Positions 61,975 through 64,000 of a DNA stretch of 64,000 bases are shown one piece after another. The DNA lies in sequence record PQ349265.1. One strand, given 5' to 3'. The DNA is from Escherichia phage CJY920. The position numbers and the translations under genes were made by a program. How positions within the stretch are numbered: position 1 is the first letter of the stretch; every line of letters begins with the position of its first letter. The notes under the pieces are model-generated. The model worked only from the letters and a program-made list of their open reading frames with translations, did no database searches and was not told where the DNA came from.

Positions 61975-62358
61975 ATGTATAAAGTGTACGCAGATTATCA
62001 GGCTAATCCATCTAAAAAGCCGAATTGTCAAATAGGATGGGCTCATGATACTTTGCTTGAAGCAGTAGATGCTGCTCAAAAATTAGGATATAAATATGTA
62101 GAGATTGTTCAACTACCATCAGGAACAGTTATTACTCTTGAAGAGTTCAATAATATTAAACCGAACTTTTTACTTTTTGCGGGTGATAATTATTATCCTC
62201 GTGGTGGATATTCTGATTTAATCGCGAAAGCCGCTACTGAAGATGAACTTCGTAATATTATCAAAGAAAATGAAAATAAACCGATGTATGGTTCTAATCG
62301 TTTTGACTGGTGGCAAATTGTAAATGCCCATACTCATACTATTGTTGATGAAGGCTGA
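61975..62358 (+). CDS. hypothetical protein (127 aa from ATG 61975)
   Basis: AGGTGA RBS before the ATG. Confidence 0.45.
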   Translation: MYKVYADYQANPSKKPNCQIGWAHDTLLEAVDAAQKLGYKYVEIVQLPSGTVITLEEFNNIKPNFLLFAGDNYYPRGGYSDLIAKAATEDELRNIIKENENKPMYGSNRFDWWQIVNAHTHTIVDEG

Positions 62359-62360
62359 TA

Positions 62361-62648
62361 ATGATTCTTTATGCTAAAGTATCGTCCGTTGAAAATGGAT
62401 ATAAATATGATCAAGATGCGGCTAAAGCCTTGATTAATGATTATGGCATTTTAACATGTTTTGAAGTTGAAAAGGTTTACATTGACCGTTCATCTTCTCA
62501 AGTTAAATTAGTAAAGGAAGACCGTAAATTTAATACAGTAAATTTTGATTTCTTTATTGAAACAGAAAAAGGTCCTCTTGAATATGATATTTTCAAGAAT
62601 CCTTTGAGTCTTGAATGCATCGTAAACATGTATTATCATAAATGGTAA
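62361..62648 (+). CDS. hypothetical protein (95 aa)
   Basis: ORF just upstream of the tRNA cluster. Confidence 0.45.
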   Translation: MILYAKVSSVENGYKYDQDAAKALINDYGILTCFEVEKVYIDRSSSQVKLVKEDRKFNTVNFDFFIETEKGPLEYDIFKNPLSLECIVNMYYHKW

Positions 62649-62745
62649 ATATGCTTTAAGAATTATTTGTTATTATTAACTCATATCGCACTGATTAATA
62701 CCCTCTATCATCAAGGGTTCTTGCTTGAGAGCCTTTGTTAATAAT

Positions 62746-62818
62746 TGGGAATTAGCCAAGTTGGTAAGGCATAGCACTTTGACTGCTAGATGCAAAGGTT
62801 CAAGTCCTTTATTCCCAG
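62746..62818 (+). tRNA. tRNA-Gln (anticodon UUG)
   Basis: Acceptor TGGGAAT/ATTCCCA pairs perfectly; anticodon loop cTTTGac; T-arm AAAGG-ttcaagt-CCTTT. Confidence 0.8.
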
Positions 62819-62819
62819 C

Positions 62820-62906
62820 GCGAGAATGGCCAAATTGGTAAAGGCACAGCACTTAAAATGCTGCGGAATGATTTCCTTGTGGGTTCGAGTCCCACTTCTC
62901 GTACCA
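62820..62906 (+). tRNA. tRNA-Leu (anticodon UAA), type II with long variable arm, CCA encoded
   Basis: Acceptor GCGAGAA/TTCTCGT; anticodon stem CAGCA/TGCTG with loop cTTAAAa; T-arm GTGGG-ttcgagt-CCCAC. Confidence 0.8.
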
Positions 62907-62911
62907 AATTT

Positions 62912-62983
<72 letters not shown>

Positions 62984-62995
62984 AAATTTAATTTA

Positions 62996-63068
62996 CTCCG
63001 TGTAGCTCAGTAGGTAGAGCACCTCACTTGTAATGAGGACGTCGGCGGTTCGATTCCGTCAATCAGCA
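62996..63068 (+). tRNA. tRNA-Thr-like (anticodon UGU) with non-complementary acceptor stem; possible pseudo or chimeric tRNA
   Basis: D-arm, anticodon arm (CCTCA-cTTGTAa-TGAGG) and T-arm well formed, but 5' CTCCGTG cannot pair with 3' AATCAGC. Confidence 0.4.
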
Positions 63069-63074
63069 TATCAA

Positions 63075-63148
63075 GGCCCTGTAGCTCAACGGTTAGCAGC
63101 AGTCCCCTCATAAGGGAAAGGTTACCAGTTCGAATCTGGTCTGGGTCA
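63075..63148 (+). tRNA. tRNA-Ile/Met-like (anticodon CAU)
   Basis: Acceptor GGCCCTG/CTGGGTC pairs 6 of 7; anticodon loop cTCATAa; T-arm ACCAG-ttcgaat-CTGGT. Confidence 0.6.
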
Positions 63149-63189
63149 TATTTTGAGAACATAAATACTCTTAGAAATAGGAGATATTT

Positions 63190-63756
63190 ATGTTCCATTA
63201 CACTTATAAAATAACAAATAAAATTAATAATAAAATTTATATTGGTGTGCATTCTACCGAAAATTTAGATGATGGATATATGGGTTCTGGTAAATTATTA
63301 AAAAGAGCCCAAGATAAGTATGGTATAGAAAATTTTTCTAAAGAAATATTAGAGTATTTTGATGATAAAGAATCTATGCTTGAAGCCGAGAAAAATATTG
63401 TCACAGAAGAGTTTTTAAATAGATCAGATGTGTATAATTTAAAACTTGGCGGTGAAGGTGGATGGGACCATTTAAATATTCCTGGGATGCTAAACCGGAA
63501 GAAAGATGCTAGCTTAAAAGGAGCTAAATCGTTTAAGTCACGGTTTGAAAATGATATTTTACTTCAAGAAAAATATCGTAAAATTGGTTCAAATGTATTT
63601 AAACGTTTGTGGTCAACTCCTGAATATAGGGAAAAATTTTTAAATAATAGCAGATTTTTAAATAAGCATCATACTCCTGAAACTATTAATAAAATGAAAG
63701 AAATTCACGCTAAAATAATCACCAGAAAGGAGAAAAGAATTCCCAATTTGGTATGA
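63190..63756 (+). CDS. segB: GIY-YIG homing endonuclease, SegB-like, inside the tRNA cluster
   Basis: YTYKITN...KIYIGVH...YMGSG; located in the tRNA cluster where I recall T4 segB. Confidence 0.7.
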   Translation: MFHYTYKITNKINNKIYIGVHSTENLDDGYMGSGKLLKRAQDKYGIENFSKEILEYFDDKESMLEAEKNIVTEEFLNRSDVYNLKLGGEGGWDHLNIPGMLNRKKDASLKGAKSFKSRFENDILLQEKYRKIGSNVFKRLWSTPEYREKFLNNSRFLNKHHTPETINKMKEIHAKIITRKEKRIPNLV

Positions 63757-63854
63757 TGTGGATTCATTCATTAGATGAAAAAGTTTCTAAACGTATTAAG
63801 AAAACTGACCCAATTCCAGAAGGATGGTTTAAAGATCGAAAAATGAAATTTTAA
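63753..63854 (+). CDS. 33-aa ORF in another frame overlapping the segB-like stop; possible detached C-terminus
   Basis: ATGATG at 63753; ends 3 nt before tRNA-Arg. Confidence 0.25.
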   Translation: MMWIHSLDEKVSKRIKKTDPIPEGWFKDRKMKF

Positions 63855-63857
63855 TTA

Positions 63858-63934
<77 letters not shown>

Positions 63935-64000
63935 AACAAGAAACCGGGTCGCTACCGGTAAGTCGTCGGACTGATGTTCCCTGGGTAAGGAATTGTGTTA

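Overview
This window is a near-colinear segment of a T4-like (T-even, Tevenvirinae-type) myovirus genome. It runs from the 3' end of gene 31 through rIII, DNA ligase (30), tandem alt paralogs, the baseplate hub genes, uvsY/uvsW, inh/hoc/rnlB, the head, tail and baseplate-wedge genes, genes 4/2/3/1/57A/57B/ipI, and into the tRNA cluster. Most structural ORFs match T4 protein lengths exactly, and several are recognisable by sequence (fibritin foldon [27 protein letters not shown], gp17 Walker B, gp5 N-terminus, gp31 C-terminus). All assignments rest on reading the sequence and recalled T4 knowledge; no database search was run. The main finding is that terminase large subunit gene 17 is fractured: the two halves end and begin with intein-like segments (41 and 107 residues), and a separate zinc-ribbon/PD-(D/E)xK-like endonuclease gene sits between them. 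Removing the intein-like segments restores a 610-aa gp17 with junction IYIDE|CAFIPNF. This matches the atypical split-intein architecture known from metagenomic terminase genes, and implies trans-splicing is needed for DNA packaging. The late module also carries at least eight freestanding homing-endonuclease-like genes (HNH, GIY-YIG, PD-(D/E)xK-like), several at gene junctions that I recall as contiguous in T4. One HNH gene is split from a zinc-ribbon ORF at a C5A6 homopolymer tract. Other observations: tandem Alt ADP-ribosyltransferase paralogs, a NADAR/YbiA-like gene beside a HAD phosphatase and ligase, a reduced tRNA cluster with a Thr-like tRNA whose acceptor stem cannot pair, and canonical T4 late (TATAAATA), middle (MotA box) and early promoters.
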